From a virus, in the IMG/VR virus record IMGVR_UViG_3300002920_000014, positions 1 through 64,000 of that record: a stretch of 64,000 bases of DNA. One strand, written 5' to 3'. Under the pieces are notes generated by a model that made no database searches, was not told where the DNA came from, and was given only the letters and a program-made list of their open reading frames with translations. Positions 39,266-48,877 of the stretch are shown here, piece after piece. Made by a program: the position numbers and the translations under genes. The first letter of the stretch is position 1; each line of letters begins with the position of its first letter.

Positions 39266-40519
39266 TTACTCATCCAAAGGAATGTTGTTTGAGGGTAGTT
39301 GAGGATTGGGGGCAAAAGAAGCAAGTTCAGTAACCTTGACTTGAACGGCTTCAGCTGAACCAGCACCCATGAGTCGAGCACGCATGCCATCAACAACGTA
39401 ACCCATCATCGCCTCTGAGAATTGACGAATGATTCCTTCTTCCGTCACAGGTTCATCCTCTTGCAATTCAAAAGCGGGTTTGACAACACGGGTGGTGGAA
39501 CGTTTGCCTAATGCATCCTTAGGACCGAACTCCACAGATTCAGTGTATGCGCTGATAGCCATAGGGACAATAGGAACAAAACGCTGAACAATATCAGGAC
39601 GACCCTCTGGGAACATGGGGTTAACAAAGATCGTGACCTCGTAAAAACCATCACCAAGGTCTGTCTTGTTGAAATCGTTATGTGCAGCGTACATAACATC
39701 TTTATGAAGCTTGACATTAACAGCAAAAGATTGCATGAGGGGGTGAGTAACACCTTTAGCGCCATCCTTAAGAGCCGTCTTATTGGGGAACATAGCGCGC
39801 TGCAAGTTGTAACGACCACCACTACTCATACGAGCAAGAAAACCAGTCTCAAAAACATGTTCTTCTGGGGTGAAAACGTCTTTACCATTTTTTCTAGTCT
39901 TGACAAAGGTGTAGAAAGTTTGAGGAAGGACGAAAAGAACAACACCCCAATTGTCAACGCACGGAACAGCTATTCTAGAACCCTCATAATACTGAGCCAA
40001 CGGACAATTTAAGCAAATCTTGGTAATGTCCGTAACAGGTTTGCCATTCTTATCCGCACCGATCACAACCTTATCACCAGTAGCCGGATTAATAACCTCT
40101 TTACCAATGTAAGATTGGTACGGGTAGAGACCATTGGCCGAGCCACAAGCATCAAGGGTCTTGGTTTGAGTTTGGCCGGTTACAGGATCATAAGTGGGCA
40201 TACGACGTGCACCCACCACTTTGTTACTTCCTGGTACAGACATTTGTAGGGCGTCAACAATGACCACACGCAACTCTTTGGTATAATACTTAACTGCTGT
40301 GTCCCCACTCTTTACATACACGGATATCGCGGCCCCAGCGTAGTCCGGAGGAACAATATCCTCACCATTAGGGGCAACGAGATTAATGTAGGTGCTGATA
40401 GGGTTACTAAAATCAACAGTGTTAACGTAAGCAACATCCTGGTGGCTGGCGGTACTGCTGAAAAGTTCGTCAAATCCGTTCATTGGGTCCTCCATTGGGT
40501 TCAAATTTGTATACAACAT
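39266..40519 (-). CDS. hypothetical protein of the replication module
   Basis: 417-aa ORF upstream of the primase gene. Function not recognisable. Confidence 0.6.
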   Translation of the reverse strand: MLYTNLNPMEDPMNGFDELFSSTASHQDVAYVNTVDFSNPISTYINLVAPNGEDIVPPDYAGAAISVYVKSGDTAVKYYTKELRVVIVDALQMSVPGSNKVVGARRMPTYDPVTGQTQTKTLDACGSANGLYPYQSYIGKEVINPATGDKVVIGADKNGKPVTDITKICLNCPLAQYYEGSRIAVPCVDNWGVVLFVLPQTFYTFVKTRKNGKDVFTPEEHVFETGFLARMSSGGRYNLQRAMFPNKTALKDGAKGVTHPLMQSFAVNVKLHKDVMYAAHNDFNKTDLGDGFYEVTIFVNPMFPEGRPDIVQRFVPIVPMAISAYTESVEFGPKDALGKRSTTRVVKPAFELQEDEPVTEEGIIRQFSEAMMGYVVDGMRARLMGAGSAEAVQVKVTELASFAPNPQLPSNNIPLDE

Positions 40520-40577
40520 TTATAATACTATGCCAAACACCCAACGTCAATAGTAAAGAACAACTATTAAAGTATTC

Positions 40578-41048
40578 TTATGTTGACAGTAGGCGTTCGG
40601 CTTCTAACTTTGCTTCGTTATAAATTAATATAGCACGATATTCGACTGCTTGTTCTAAGTTAGAAAGTGTTCTAAACCAAGAAGGTGGTGCACCGTTGTT
40701 CGTTTTAGCCCATTCATTCGCTCCTTTCAATATGTGCTTAAGCAACCTAGAGGTCGCTCTTAAATCAGCTATATTGGCGCCTTCCGTAGCGTCAATAATT
40801 CTATAAGGGTCTACAGTTGGCGCTGGTAATAAAAACACTTTTCTAAAACTTTCATATTTGTTAACATCAAAACGATCGTTATAATGTTTAAGTATAGTAA
40901 ACATTACGTCATTCCAAAACCACCACCAATCAGAATCAGAAGAACATCTAGCACCTAATGCTAAAGCTCTTTCTGTCCAATGTGGTTTGTGATAAGGAAC
41001 AATACCGACAGACACCACCTCCAACGCTAATTGCTCTTTAATCATCAT
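40578..41048 (-). CDS. hypothetical protein
   Basis: 156-aa ORF. Confidence 0.5.
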   Translation of the reverse strand: MMIKEQLALEVVSVGIVPYHKPHWTERALALGARCSSDSDWWWFWNDVMFTILKHYNDRFDVNKYESFRKVFLLPAPTVDPYRIIDATEGANIADLRATSRLLKHILKGANEWAKTNNGAPPSWFRTLSNLEQAVEYRAILIYNEAKLEAERLLST

Positions 41049-41481
41049 TTAACTCTTCCAAATCAACATCGAGAACCTTTGCTACGGCTATTTCGAGGAT
41101 AGCACACGCCGTGCAAATGCGTAATTCCCTGAAGTCGTAGTTTATAGGTTTCTTGTATTTAAGGGTAGAGTAATTTATAATTTTAGAATTAAGAGCCGGC
41201 GTATACACCGTACTCCTTACCACAAGATCTATCTCAGCGTCAGACAAAGTGTCTACAAAATCTTTCAACGCTTTTACAAGAACTGATTTAGGTATATTCA
41301 ACGACAAAGGTCTTTTTTCTTCGACAGGGTCATTAACTTCAACTGCATTGAAATAAGGGGTTAATTTATCACACCACTCTAAAACTTTGGATTGAAATTC
41401 CGATACACTAATCGGCAACGTAAAAGGAGTTGGTGAAAAAACGTATCTACCCTGTAAGTCTTTAGAAAGCGTATATAACAT
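41038..41481 (-). CDS. hypothetical protein
   Basis: ATG at 41481 with GGAGAG 6 nt upstream. The longer ORF start at 41523 would sit inside the promoter-like element. Confidence 0.5.
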   Translation of the reverse strand: MLYTLSKDLQGRYVFSPTPFTLPISVSEFQSKVLEWCDKLTPYFNAVEVNDPVEEKRPLSLNIPKSVLVKALKDFVDTLSDAEIDLVVRSTVYTPALNSKIINYSTLKYKKPINYDFRELRICTACAILEIAVAKVLDVDLEELNDD

Positions 41482-41514
41482 TATGAACTCTCCGTCTATT
41501 AAATTAACAAAACT

Positions 41515-41543
41515 ATAATACACGGAGAGTCCACGATAGTCAA
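41515..41543 (-). promoter_or_regulatory. sigma70-like promoter (TTGACT-17 nt-TATTAT)
   Basis: On the - strand the -35 is at 41543-41538 and the -10 at 41520-41515. Confidence 0.5.
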
Positions 41544-41547
41544 TACA

Positions 41548-41955
41548 TTAAGCCGAAAAACCGTACCAACTGTCTATGATCTCATTGACCCAGTCAATGA
41601 GTAAATTTCGATTTCCAGTGTCTCTAGCAGTGACGACCAAATATCTCAGCGTTTCGTACAACACGACACTAGCATTACCCCTATAAAAATGTCTAAATAA
41701 GTCGTCAATAGCGATTTTACTAGCCAACTCTTTGTCTGTTAATTCGTTAAAAACGGCAATAACCATAACACCCCACATAGGATGAGAAGGCACTACAGCT
41801 TCATAATTACCCCACACATACTCAAAGTACTGGCTAAACGCTGTATCTCCCAAGTTAAGCAAGGTGTGAAATAGCGTTACAACGTTGTCTCTGCTTGGAT
41901 TAGTCTTCAGGATCAAAGTTTGTCCGATTGCAGTCGAAACACGTTCGTCGTACAT
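41548..41955 (-). CDS. hypothetical protein
   Basis: 135-aa ORF. Confidence 0.5.
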   Translation of the reverse strand: MYDERVSTAIGQTLILKTNPSRDNVVTLFHTLLNLGDTAFSQYFEYVWGNYEAVVPSHPMWGVMVIAVFNELTDKELASKIAIDDLFRHFYRGNASVVLYETLRYLVVTARDTGNRNLLIDWVNEIIDSWYGFSA

Positions 41956-42081
41956 TAGTGGCCCTCCGTTGCAAATTCACCAGTAGATCCATAACCCCGA
42001 TCCCCACGAAGTGTGGGAGGTCGATTTGGATCATCAAAAACTAAATCAATCTGAGCGAACCCTCTATGCCGATTTGCCGAT

Positions 42082-42705
42082 TCAGCACGAAAGCTCTTGC
42101 AGAAAATCTTCGAGAAGGCTGATGTCAAGTTCTGGCACGTAATCTGAATCATTACGCTTCTTACGCTCATCCAAATAACGCATAACGCGCACATAACGCT
42201 TAAGATTATTACAATCAGAAAGATACTTCTCAGGTATCCAACTAAGAATCGTGTTCACTTGCCTGAGAGTATCAAACCACCGACGAGTCTTGGTGAGGTT
42301 GTTTGTACAACGAACAGCAAAACTGTAGCCAAACTCGCTCACGGTTAATGGAGTTATAGGTTGTCTACGGTGAGATGTAATTATGTCTACATGAATAAGC
42401 TCAAGGACGGGAGAATTAGCGGCATCGAACACGTAATTTGGCCACCCATAAACAAAATAATCTTCTCCTCTCTTAACAAAAATAACAGGAGACTCTGTCA
42501 AACCGATTGAGTAGCCGTTGTTACGCTCAAGCGAACTATTCGATACAACACGAACTTGGTCGAGGTCTAACCAGTTCATCACAAGACAGGCCAGCAGATA
42601 ATCGATCTCTTCTATAGAACCGCTATCTTGATGGGTGCGTCTGTAATTGCGCAACACACGCAACACTGGATAGTTGTCAGAATTGATCACAATATCAGAA
42701 GTCAT
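42082..42705 (-). CDS. hypothetical protein
   Basis: 207-aa ORF. Confidence 0.5.
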   Translation of the reverse strand: MTSDIVINSDNYPVLRVLRNYRRTHQDSGSIEEIDYLLACLVMNWLDLDQVRVVSNSSLERNNGYSIGLTESPVIFVKRGEDYFVYGWPNYVFDAANSPVLELIHVDIITSHRRQPITPLTVSEFGYSFAVRCTNNLTKTRRWFDTLRQVNTILSWIPEKYLSDCNNLKRYVRVMRYLDERKKRNDSDYVPELDISLLEDFLQELSC

Positions 42706-42935
42706 TTCAAACCCTCCCTCATAGCATCAAGATCACTTTTAATGCGATTGTAAGCATAACGGGCTGCCGCCTCATCCAAACCAAAACTCCGTTGTCCAGC
42801 GAACGAAGTAAGATTATTCCAATAGTAAACCACCCACTCTCTGGCAAGACGACGGTAAGAAATTTGTACCGTACCTTGACCTTCGATTTTAGTCATCTCT
42901 CGGAAATCATCTGTAGGTGCACTATTTGCGCCCAT
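42702..42935 (-). CDS. hypothetical protein
   Basis: ATG at 42935 preceded by GGAGGTGGTTT. Confidence 0.45.
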   Translation of the reverse strand: MGANSAPTDDFREMTKIEGQGTVQISYRRLAREWVVYYWNNLTSFAGQRSFGLDEAAARYAYNRIKSDLDAMREGLK

Positions 42936-43203
42936 AAACCACCTCCAAAAGTTTATAAGCCATACGTTCCCAATCATTATTTGGTTTAGTTCTCATACCA
43001 GATACACCATAAGGTATGAAAAACACATCCTCTACGCCATCAAAATCAGGATAATCACCTTCGTTAACAACAATAATAGCAGAAAAGCCGTCAAACACTT
43101 TGGGACACCATTGAGCATCAGGAATATATAATCTTAAAGATTCAAATTGATCTAACGTAACTGGTCCGGCCGTCATCCAAACATACTTACGACTACGTTT
43201 CAT
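42922..43203 (-). CDS. hypothetical protein
   Basis: 93-aa ORF with AGGAGGAGAACAAG directly upstream of the ATG. Confidence 0.5.
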   Translation of the reverse strand: MKRSRKYVWMTAGPVTLDQFESLRLYIPDAQWCPKVFDGFSAIIVVNEGDYPDFDGVEDVFFIPYGVSGMRTKPNNDWERMAYKLLEVVYGRK

Positions 43204-43276
43204 CTTGTTCTCCTCCTGTTTTATACTTATATACGTTTCAAAACATGTGTATGATTTGACTATCTACTAATACAAA

Positions 43277-43384
43277 TTAAATGCGGGAGTTTCCAGACGT
43301 TAACTTCAACTCCACACCTGTGCGCATCAGACTAAAACGTCCTAACACCCCGTATGTTTGTCCCAAAAGCAACTGAAAGAACAT
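43277..43384 (-). CDS. possible 35-aa micro-ORF
   Basis: ATG at 43384 lies 6 nt after AGGAGGG and 1 nt after the upstream stop. No other support. Confidence 0.25.
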   Translation of the reverse strand: MFFQLLLGQTYGVLGRFSLMRTGVELKLTSGNSRI

Positions 43385-43385
43385 A

Positions 43386-43796
43386 TTAACCCTCCTGACT
43401 AAGAATATTTTGTACATCTGCCGCATGTTCTGCTTCAGCAGATTGTAAATACTCCAGGAGAACTCCAGGTATGTTTGTGCCAATCCACAAAGCTGGATTG
43501 GGAGCAGGCCACAACGTAACTGGGTATTTAGGATCAATATGTTTAGATACAAAAGAATGCCACGACTTTGCAAACTTGACATTCTTAGACACAGCCCCAC
43601 TATTCTGCATCTGTGTCGCAACGTACACCAACAACTCATCTAAATCTAATATATCATTCTCCAACAAAAAGGAAGGTTTTTCAACCTTCACATTTTCTCG
43701 GACTGTCTCAATTACCTGTTTTTCAACAACTGGCGGACGCTTCAACTCCCGTACAATGAACAACAGTAGCATGAGTAAAATAATTAGGATTTCCAT
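43386..43796 (-). CDS. N-terminally membrane-anchored hypothetical protein (backbone paralog of 52786..53121)
   Basis: Hydrophobic N-terminus. Aligns by eye with the island ORF: LLENDILDLDELLVYV with ILEDGVVDLHELLVEV, KFAKSWHSFV with KLMKAWENFV, and PALWIGTNIPGVLLEYL with PVLWVGDKIPPPILDRL. Confidence 0.55.
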   Translation of the reverse strand: MEILIILLMLLLFIVRELKRPPVVEKQVIETVRENVKVEKPSFLLENDILDLDELLVYVATQMQNSGAVSKNVKFAKSWHSFVSKHIDPKYPVTLWPAPNPALWIGTNIPGVLLEYLQSAEAEHAADVQNILSQEG

Positions 43797-43828
43797 TTGA
43801 TTCCTCCATTGATCCTATAATACAAAGA

Positions 43829-43855
43829 AAATACCCACTGCGCAAGTGGGTATTT
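43829..43855 (-). terminator. intrinsic terminator (AAATACCCACT / AGTGGGTATTT)
   Basis: 11-bp stem with a 5-nt loop, followed by TTTTCTTTGT on the - strand after the 43890 gene. Confidence 0.65.
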
Positions 43856-43889
43856 AGGCATACTGCTCTACTTTAACCAAATGTTCATG

Positions 43890-44342
43890 TCAGCTATAGA
43901 TGAATTCGGGATGAGGAACTAACTTCTTCCCGAAAAACATAGGATACCCCACTAAGTGATTACCATCCGAGCTCTTACGAACGTAGGTAGTGATTGATGT
44001 ACGACGAGTTCCGTCATTCGACTCTCCATGTACCTCATAGTGGCCATCTGGACTAAGTTGAAGGCGACGATAAGGGACATTGAGGACAACTTGAATGTCT
44101 TTACTGTTGAGATTGACACGGCTAGGATCAAAAGCTTTCTTAGCCAAGACAGCGTGAAGCCTCTTGAAAATATCCCAAGCCTCATCTACTTGAGTGGCCA
44201 ACTCAACACTAACAGTTCCTTTGCTGATTTGCTCCTCTTCCATCAAGTCCCTTAAATTAAGGTATCTAAAACCTTGATTGATGTAAGTTCTCCACTCATT
44301 CTCTTCAATACGTTTCACACCCAACAAAATACACCCCCTCAT
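43890..44342 (-). CDS. hypothetical protein (start uncertain)
   Basis: 150-aa ORF. There is no SD before the ATG at 44342. A TTG at 44327 follows GAGGGGG. Confidence 0.45.
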   Translation of the reverse strand: MRGCILLGVKRIEENEWRTYINQGFRYLNLRDLMEEEQISKGTVSVELATQVDEAWDIFKRLHAVLAKKAFDPSRVNLNSKDIQVVLNVPYRRLQLSPDGHYEVHGESNDGTRRTSITTYVRKSSDGNHLVGYPMFFGKKLVPHPEFIYS

Positions 44343-44355
44343 AATATTATAATAA

Positions 44356-44395
44356 ATGTACCTATAATGTTAATCCAGTATAGGTACATTGTCAA
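44356..44395 (-). promoter_or_regulatory. promoter-like element (TTGACA-17 nt-TAACAT) overlapped by an 11-bp inverted repeat
   Basis: The -35 is at 44395-44390 and the -10 at 44372-44367. The inverted repeat ATGTACCTATA (44356-44366) / TATAGGTACAT (44379-44389) brackets the -10. Confidence 0.45.
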
Positions 44396-44403
44396 GTGTC
44401 AAT

Positions 44404-45237
44404 CTAATCCAAACAATAAACAGGGAACAAATTGTACAGAGCTACGGAATCATCGCCGTCCGAAAGACCGTACGTAATAGTTTGCAACGGTATGAACAAG
44501 TTGGAGGGAATGAATGGCATACTTGCAACGCGCTGAATTTCACACCCCGTCTCATCCGATTGACAGACGAGCCAGTCGTAAAATTCAATAGCAATCTTAT
44601 TCAGATCGAAGGTAAAGATTTTATAACCTTCACTTAGTCGATCCGGGTTGACTACGTTATGGCTAAGAACGTTAAGACTCTTACCTTTTTCAACATCACT
44701 AAAATGTTGACCGATGAAATAAGGGATCATAGACAAATAAGATTGATCATGGTTATAAACAATGTAGAAAAATGGCCTAAAAGCAGCCACCACCTCACAA
44801 CTATCAACAACGTCACCCTCTTCCACAACCGAATTAGAAGAATTTAATGCATCATCAAATTCATCGACTAAATCATGATCATACACACCCTGATCAGGAT
44901 CAAAATTGAGAACTTCCCCATACTTCAACACATATGGATGCCGATCCCACAAAAACCGTTTAAGATAACGATTAACGTTTAGTGGTGTAAGACGAGGAGA
45001 CTTTTTATAATTGTGGTACAAATTGCGCACCACACCAAAATATTCAGCTATAGGATTATCAAGCCAAGCCAAAAACCCGTCTTCGTTAACTGAACTATAA
45101 TAATTCAGAAATGGCCTCAACGCCTCTTTGTCCCTAATTTTGATGAGTTTAACCAAATCTTCTAAGTTTCGGTAAAGAGACGGATACCTAACCCAAGCTA
45201 CATACAAGGGAAGATCGTGAAGATAAACTTTAGTCAT
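44404..45237 (-). CDS. hypothetical protein
   Basis: 277-aa ORF. Confidence 0.55.
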   Translation of the reverse strand: MTKVYLHDLPLYVAWVRYPSLYRNLEDLVKLIKIRDKEALRPFLNYYSSVNEDGFLAWLDNPIAEYFGVVRNLYHNYKKSPRLTPLNVNRYLKRFLWDRHPYVLKYGEVLNFDPDQGVYDHDLVDEFDDALNSSNSVVEEGDVVDSCEVVAAFRPFFYIVYNHDQSYLSMIPYFIGQHFSDVEKGKSLNVLSHNVVNPDRLSEGYKIFTFDLNKIAIEFYDWLVCQSDETGCEIQRVASMPFIPSNLFIPLQTITYGLSDGDDSVALYNLFPVYCLD

Positions 45238-45549
45238 AACTAGTATCCTTTCAATTTGGAGTCAAACGCCGTAGGTATCATAAATTTATTGAGACGATCG
45301 CCCGTCAACGGAATTAAACCAGTGTAATACAGGGGTGCTACACGTACAAGATCATCACGAATAACCTCATAAGTTACACACATAGCGCTTTGAAAATATG
45401 AGATGTGATGTCTTGCTTAGCAGATAATAGGTAGGTTTGATGACGACCCCAACAGCCTCTAAGTACATGACTGAGGGGTCATCAATTAAAAGTAAGAATA
45501 TTAATTAGGATAAGTTATCTGAGACAGACTCAAACAACTTACAGTGTCT

Positions 45550-45945
45550 TTAAGATAGTCGATTCTTATCACCCTCCCCACTCCTACTTTGACGAAGCTT
45601 ATCGTAAGCCGCGCAAATGGTTTCTTGAGAAATTACAACATATCCATCAGGGTATAAAGCAGGCAAGTAATCACGAAGATTCTCGTGATAAGCCCGATCC
45701 CAAACATACTTGCCATAGTCCCGAAAGAACTCTTGAATGGTTACGTCGTAATAACCACCATCAAAATACAAATGGAAACTGTCATCCTCCCCCCGCTCAA
45801 CAGTGACGGAGGGTACATTGTTGCATACCATAAAAGTAGACAATTCACTTAGAAACGTATAAAGTGCCTCAAAGTGAAACAACTCAAACTGTTTCATAAT
45901 AAAAGTATACATACTTTGAACCTCTTTAACCGTCAACGGATTCAT
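45550..45945 (-). CDS. hypothetical protein
   Basis: ATG at 45945 preceded by GGAGGAAACAACG. Confidence 0.5.
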   Translation of the reverse strand: MNPLTVKEVQSMYTFIMKQFELFHFEALYTFLSELSTFMVCNNVPSVTVERGEDDSFHLYFDGGYYDVTIQEFFRDYGKYVWDRAYHENLRDYLPALYPDGYVVISQETICAAYDKLRQSRSGEGDKNRLS

Positions 45946-46297
45946 CGTTGTTTCCTCCACGAAGCCAATCAAGTAAATCAGTAAAGTTATCTAGTGTATA
46001 GTCAGGAAGCGCATACGTACTGATTGGGATAAGATTAGTATCGAAACCTTCATAGCTCCAATACAGATAACACTTAAAATCAGGCTCAACACCCAATTCT
46101 TCACACAAACTGTTAAAAATATGAATAGACTTGAGGGCGTCATTAACAATTGAAATTTCAGACGGCCCAATTGTCTCCAGGTACACATCTTGATAAATAT
46201 CGTGCAAAAGCTCATCAACACAGTCTAACGTTAAGATAAGCTCAGTAGTAGCATTAATGATACGGACTGCTAAGTCACTAACCATTGAAAGTGTCAT
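45926..46297 (-). CDS. hypothetical acidic protein
   Basis: 123-aa ORF, translationally coupled to its neighbours. Confidence 0.5.
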   Translation of the reverse strand: MTLSMVSDLAVRIINATTELILTLDCVDELLHDIYQDVYLETIGPSEISIVNDALKSIHIFNSLCEELGVEPDFKCYLYWSYEGFDTNLIPISTYALPDYTLDNFTDLLDWLRGGNNDESVDG

Positions 46298-46745
46298 CCA
46301 TCACCCCTTTCTCGATTTTATCAACGAGACGAGCAAGGAACAGATCGAACCAATCGCCGAAATAACATTCTTGGTACATATCAACATCACCCACTAAACT
46401 AACAACTTCCTCCTGAAAGTCACGCTCATCAGGGTCATCACTATAAAAACCATCAGGAACATCTTGAGGACGAATGCGGCCAGAGATAGGCTCAACATGG
46501 AACTCATGACCAAAAATACTATAATACTCACAATCAACGGTGAACCATAAACTCCCAATCTCATACGACCACTGTGCATAGAAAGTAACCTCCTGTTCAT
46601 GACCAGAATCAGTCATGACAGAAAGAAAATGCACGTATTTTACAACCCACTTGCCCGAATAGACGTTAACGATCAAGCTATCCCGAATGGAGTTAGCATC
46701 ATACGTATAACTCTCAACAAGAGTATTTTGATTATTACTAATCAT
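46278..46745 (-). CDS. hypothetical acidic protein
   Basis: 155-aa ORF. Confidence 0.5.
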   Translation of the reverse strand: MISNNQNTLVESYTYDANSIRDSLIVNVYSGKWVVKYVHFLSVMTDSGHEQEVTFYAQWSYEIGSLWFTVDCEYYSIFGHEFHVEPISGRIRPQDVPDGFYSDDPDERDFQEEVVSLVGDVDMYQECYFGDWFDLFLARLVDKIEKGVMDDTFNG

Positions 46746-47172
46746 TGTTGACCTCCTTATGCTTTGGCGCGTGATAAAGTGCAGTAATCATGGAAAGATA
46801 TTTCCATGGTTTAGGCCAATCACTAAGAGCAACAGTGACTAAACTCTGATAGTCCGAAAAATTAAAAATTGGGAAACCAGAACAAGTTGCCCATAAATGG
46901 TCTGTATTATAGTAGACCTCAACATAGTCCTTAAAATAGTAAATGTCATGGTATGAAAACATACCATTTACCCACTTCAGATAACTAAATGGTGCGTGGT
47001 AGATGGTGAGGTTCTTCCATACACCAGAAGGCACGTAAGAACGGTCGCCCCCTCTAAGAACAAAATCTATAAAAACTTGTGGATTATTCTTCCACAAATC
47101 ATCCGACGTGGCAAAACGTCCAGACATAAATGCCTGCTGATAACCATAAACCAGATCATTGAATCTATTCAT
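46738..47172 (-). CDS. hypothetical protein
   Basis: ATG at 47172 overlaps the upstream stop region (AAAAATGAATAG). Confidence 0.5.
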   Translation of the reverse strand: MNRFNDLVYGYQQAFMSGRFATSDDLWKNNPQVFIDFVLRGGDRSYVPSGVWKNLTIYHAPFSYLKWVNGMFSYHDIYYFKDYVEVYYNTDHLWATCSGFPIFNFSDYQSLVTVALSDWPKPWKYLSMITALYHAPKHKEVNND

Positions 47173-48019
47173 TTTTAGCCCCCAAAGGAAAAAGTTGACC
47201 GTCGACCACGATAAAGTTTTTATCAAAAGCCTCGAGCATATCCTCGTACCACTGAAAGCTACCAGTGTACGACGCACCATACAAGATAGGAAACCAAGCC
47301 AAAGCAGTACTCAAAGACACTTCAAGATCCTCCGCCAAATCGAAATACGAGTAGTTTTTTGCCCACCCGTTACGACGGATAATCTCCTCAAAAGCGCTAT
47401 AATCGTACCCGCTGTTAGGAAGTGCGTCCCAATACGACAAACCAAGTGCCTCAATCACGCGACCATCCACCTCATCGTAGAACAGAGACACGAATTCGAT
47501 CAACTCCACCATGTCGTGCAGAGCATACCCGATAGTGCAATACACACTAAGGTTTTCGTAAACTTCTCTCAGAGAAGCAACGAAGCTCGGAGAAAGGAGA
47601 TAAATATATAGATCAGTGGTGTCGGTGTTAGCTGGAATCTTCACCGCGTCTCCGGTCGCCAACAAATACTCCAAAAGCAAATCCCCCAAACGAAGACGAG
47701 CATCGTCGTACGCTTCAGTGAGAGGGTATCTGCCATCAAACTGCAAATTTTCTGTGTAGATATTCCTAAACTCAAAAAGGAAAAGAGAATGATCATCACC
47801 GTCAACACGATCAATCTGCATTTGACGATCAACCCACACTTTAAGGGCATCAAACACCATAAAATCGCTAATATTGTACTCATCGAAGTCAGTAAGAGAA
47901 GTCGTGAACAAACAACTATCATAAAAGTACCACCCTCGGTACTTAACTTCGTCCTCATGCCGCAATAAAGAGGACATACCGGGGGTGTACTTAGGAATGG
48001 GGTTAGTGTACCAGAACAT
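47165..48019 (-). CDS. hypothetical acidic protein
   Basis: 284-aa ORF. Confidence 0.55.
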   Translation of the reverse strand: MFWYTNPIPKYTPGMSSLLRHEDEVKYRGWYFYDSCLFTTSLTDFDEYNISDFMVFDALKVWVDRQMQIDRVDGDDHSLFLFEFRNIYTENLQFDGRYPLTEAYDDARLRLGDLLLEYLLATGDAVKIPANTDTTDLYIYLLSPSFVASLREVYENLSVYCTIGYALHDMVELIEFVSLFYDEVDGRVIEALGLSYWDALPNSGYDYSAFEEIIRRNGWAKNYSYFDLAEDLEVSLSTALAWFPILYGASYTGSFQWYEDMLEAFDKNFIVVDGQLFPLGAKNE

Positions 48020-48070
48020 TTTCCACCTTTCGTATACTTAAGCTAATTTTAATCTGATACAAAAGTATCT

Positions 48071-48143
48071 GTGCGCCCTACAGGATTCGAACCTGTAACC
48101 TAGTGGTTATGAGCCACCTGCTCTGACCGTTGAGCTAAAGGCG
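48071..48143 (-). tRNA. tRNA with CAU anticodon (elongator Met, or Ile2 if lysidine-modified)
   Basis: A hand-folded cloverleaf was obtained. The acceptor is GCGCCTT/AGGGCGC, the D arm GCTC/GAGC, the anticodon loop CTCATAA and the T arm ACAGG-TTCGAAT-CCTGT. Discriminator A. Confidence 0.85.
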
Positions 48144-48184
48144 CGTTGAAATCATTGTAACAAAAAGCTGTGTGTCAAACAACC

Positions 48185-48637
48185 CTAAATACTTGAAAGT
48201 AAATACTTGAAAGTCTCCAAGAAAGCATGGAGAACTTCAAAAGTCTGACAAACAAGGTTTTTATTCTGAACACACCGAACCAACACCTCCGCATCTTCAT
48301 CCCCAGTCAACGTCAGCCCAAATAAAAATACAACTTCAAAAAACTTAGGGTATTGAGCTTTAGCTAACTCTCTGTGAACGGCGCTAACCAAAACGCCGCC
48401 CGTATTTTCCACAAGAACATACATTACATCATCCCCCCAAGAAAGATTCAAAGGCAGAATCAAGTCGTCGTCTTGGTATGCAAGACGAATAGATTTGGCA
48501 TGCGGCCAGTTAAAAACAGCGCATGCCAAAATTAAATACATACTAATGTCCTCAGATGCGTCTGGGACAATATCAGAAATAACACTAGCGCACGAAAACA
48601 GTGCGCGTAAAGCTGGAACATCAATATACCCCACCAT
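48185..48637 (-). CDS. hypothetical protein
   Basis: Starts at the ATG at 48637. The longer ORF to 48721 runs into the tRNA gene. Confidence 0.5.
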   Translation of the reverse strand: MVGYIDVPALRALFSCASVISDIVPDASEDISMYLILACAVFNWPHAKSIRLAYQDDDLILPLNLSWGDDVMYVLVENTGGVLVSAVHRELAKAQYPKFFEVVFLFGLTLTGDEDAEVLVRCVQNKNLVCQTFEVLHAFLETFKYLLSSI

Positions 48638-48662
48638 AATAACCCCGTGTATATTTAGTAAA

Positions 48663-48735
48663 TGCCCCTCGTGGGATTCGAACCCACACTGTGCCGATTT
48701 TAAGTCGGTTGCCTCTGCCATTGGGCTAGAGGGGC
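48663..48735 (-). tRNA. tRNA with UAA anticodon but a short (5-nt) variable loop; Leu(UAA)-like, atypical
   Basis: In the hand fold the acceptor is GCCCCTC/GAGGGGC and the anticodon loop is CTTAAAA. The T arm is GTGGG-TTCGAAT-CCCAC, with A73. The D stem has only 3 bp and there is an A27-C43 mismatch. Confidence 0.7.
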
Positions 48736-48739
48736 TAAA

Positions 48740-48812
48740 TGCCCTGGACAGGGATCGAACCTGCGACCTATCGCTTAGAAGGCGACTGCTCTATCCGCTG
48801 AGCTACCAGGGC
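48740..48812 (-). tRNA. tRNA-Arg (UCU)
   Basis: In the hand fold the acceptor is GCCCTGG/CCAGGGC and the D arm is GCTC/GAGC. The anticodon loop is CTTCTAA and the T arm is GCAGG-TTCGATC-CCTGT. Confidence 0.85.
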
Positions 48813-48877
48813 ATTTTTATGTTACCACTCTCCAATATCGAGGTCAATACTTAACCCCGATAAAAACGTATTACCAA

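Noticed and set aside
41955-43639. ORFs 41955..42194(-), 42792..42989(+) and the full-length 43277..43639(-).
   Set aside because: They overlap better-supported co-linear genes in other frames. Only the last 35 codons of 43277..43639, which lie behind a strong SD, were kept, at low confidence.
45240-45383. A 47-aa - strand ORF in the 45.24-45.55 kb gap.
   Set aside because: There is no SD upstream of its ATG and no other support. The gap may instead hold a promoter or leader for the 45237 gene.
48185-48854. The N-terminal extension of ORF 48185..48721, and ORF 48495..48854(+).
   Set aside because: Both run through the tRNA(UAA) and tRNA-Arg genes. The CDS was trimmed to the ATG at 48637 and the + strand ORF was dropped.
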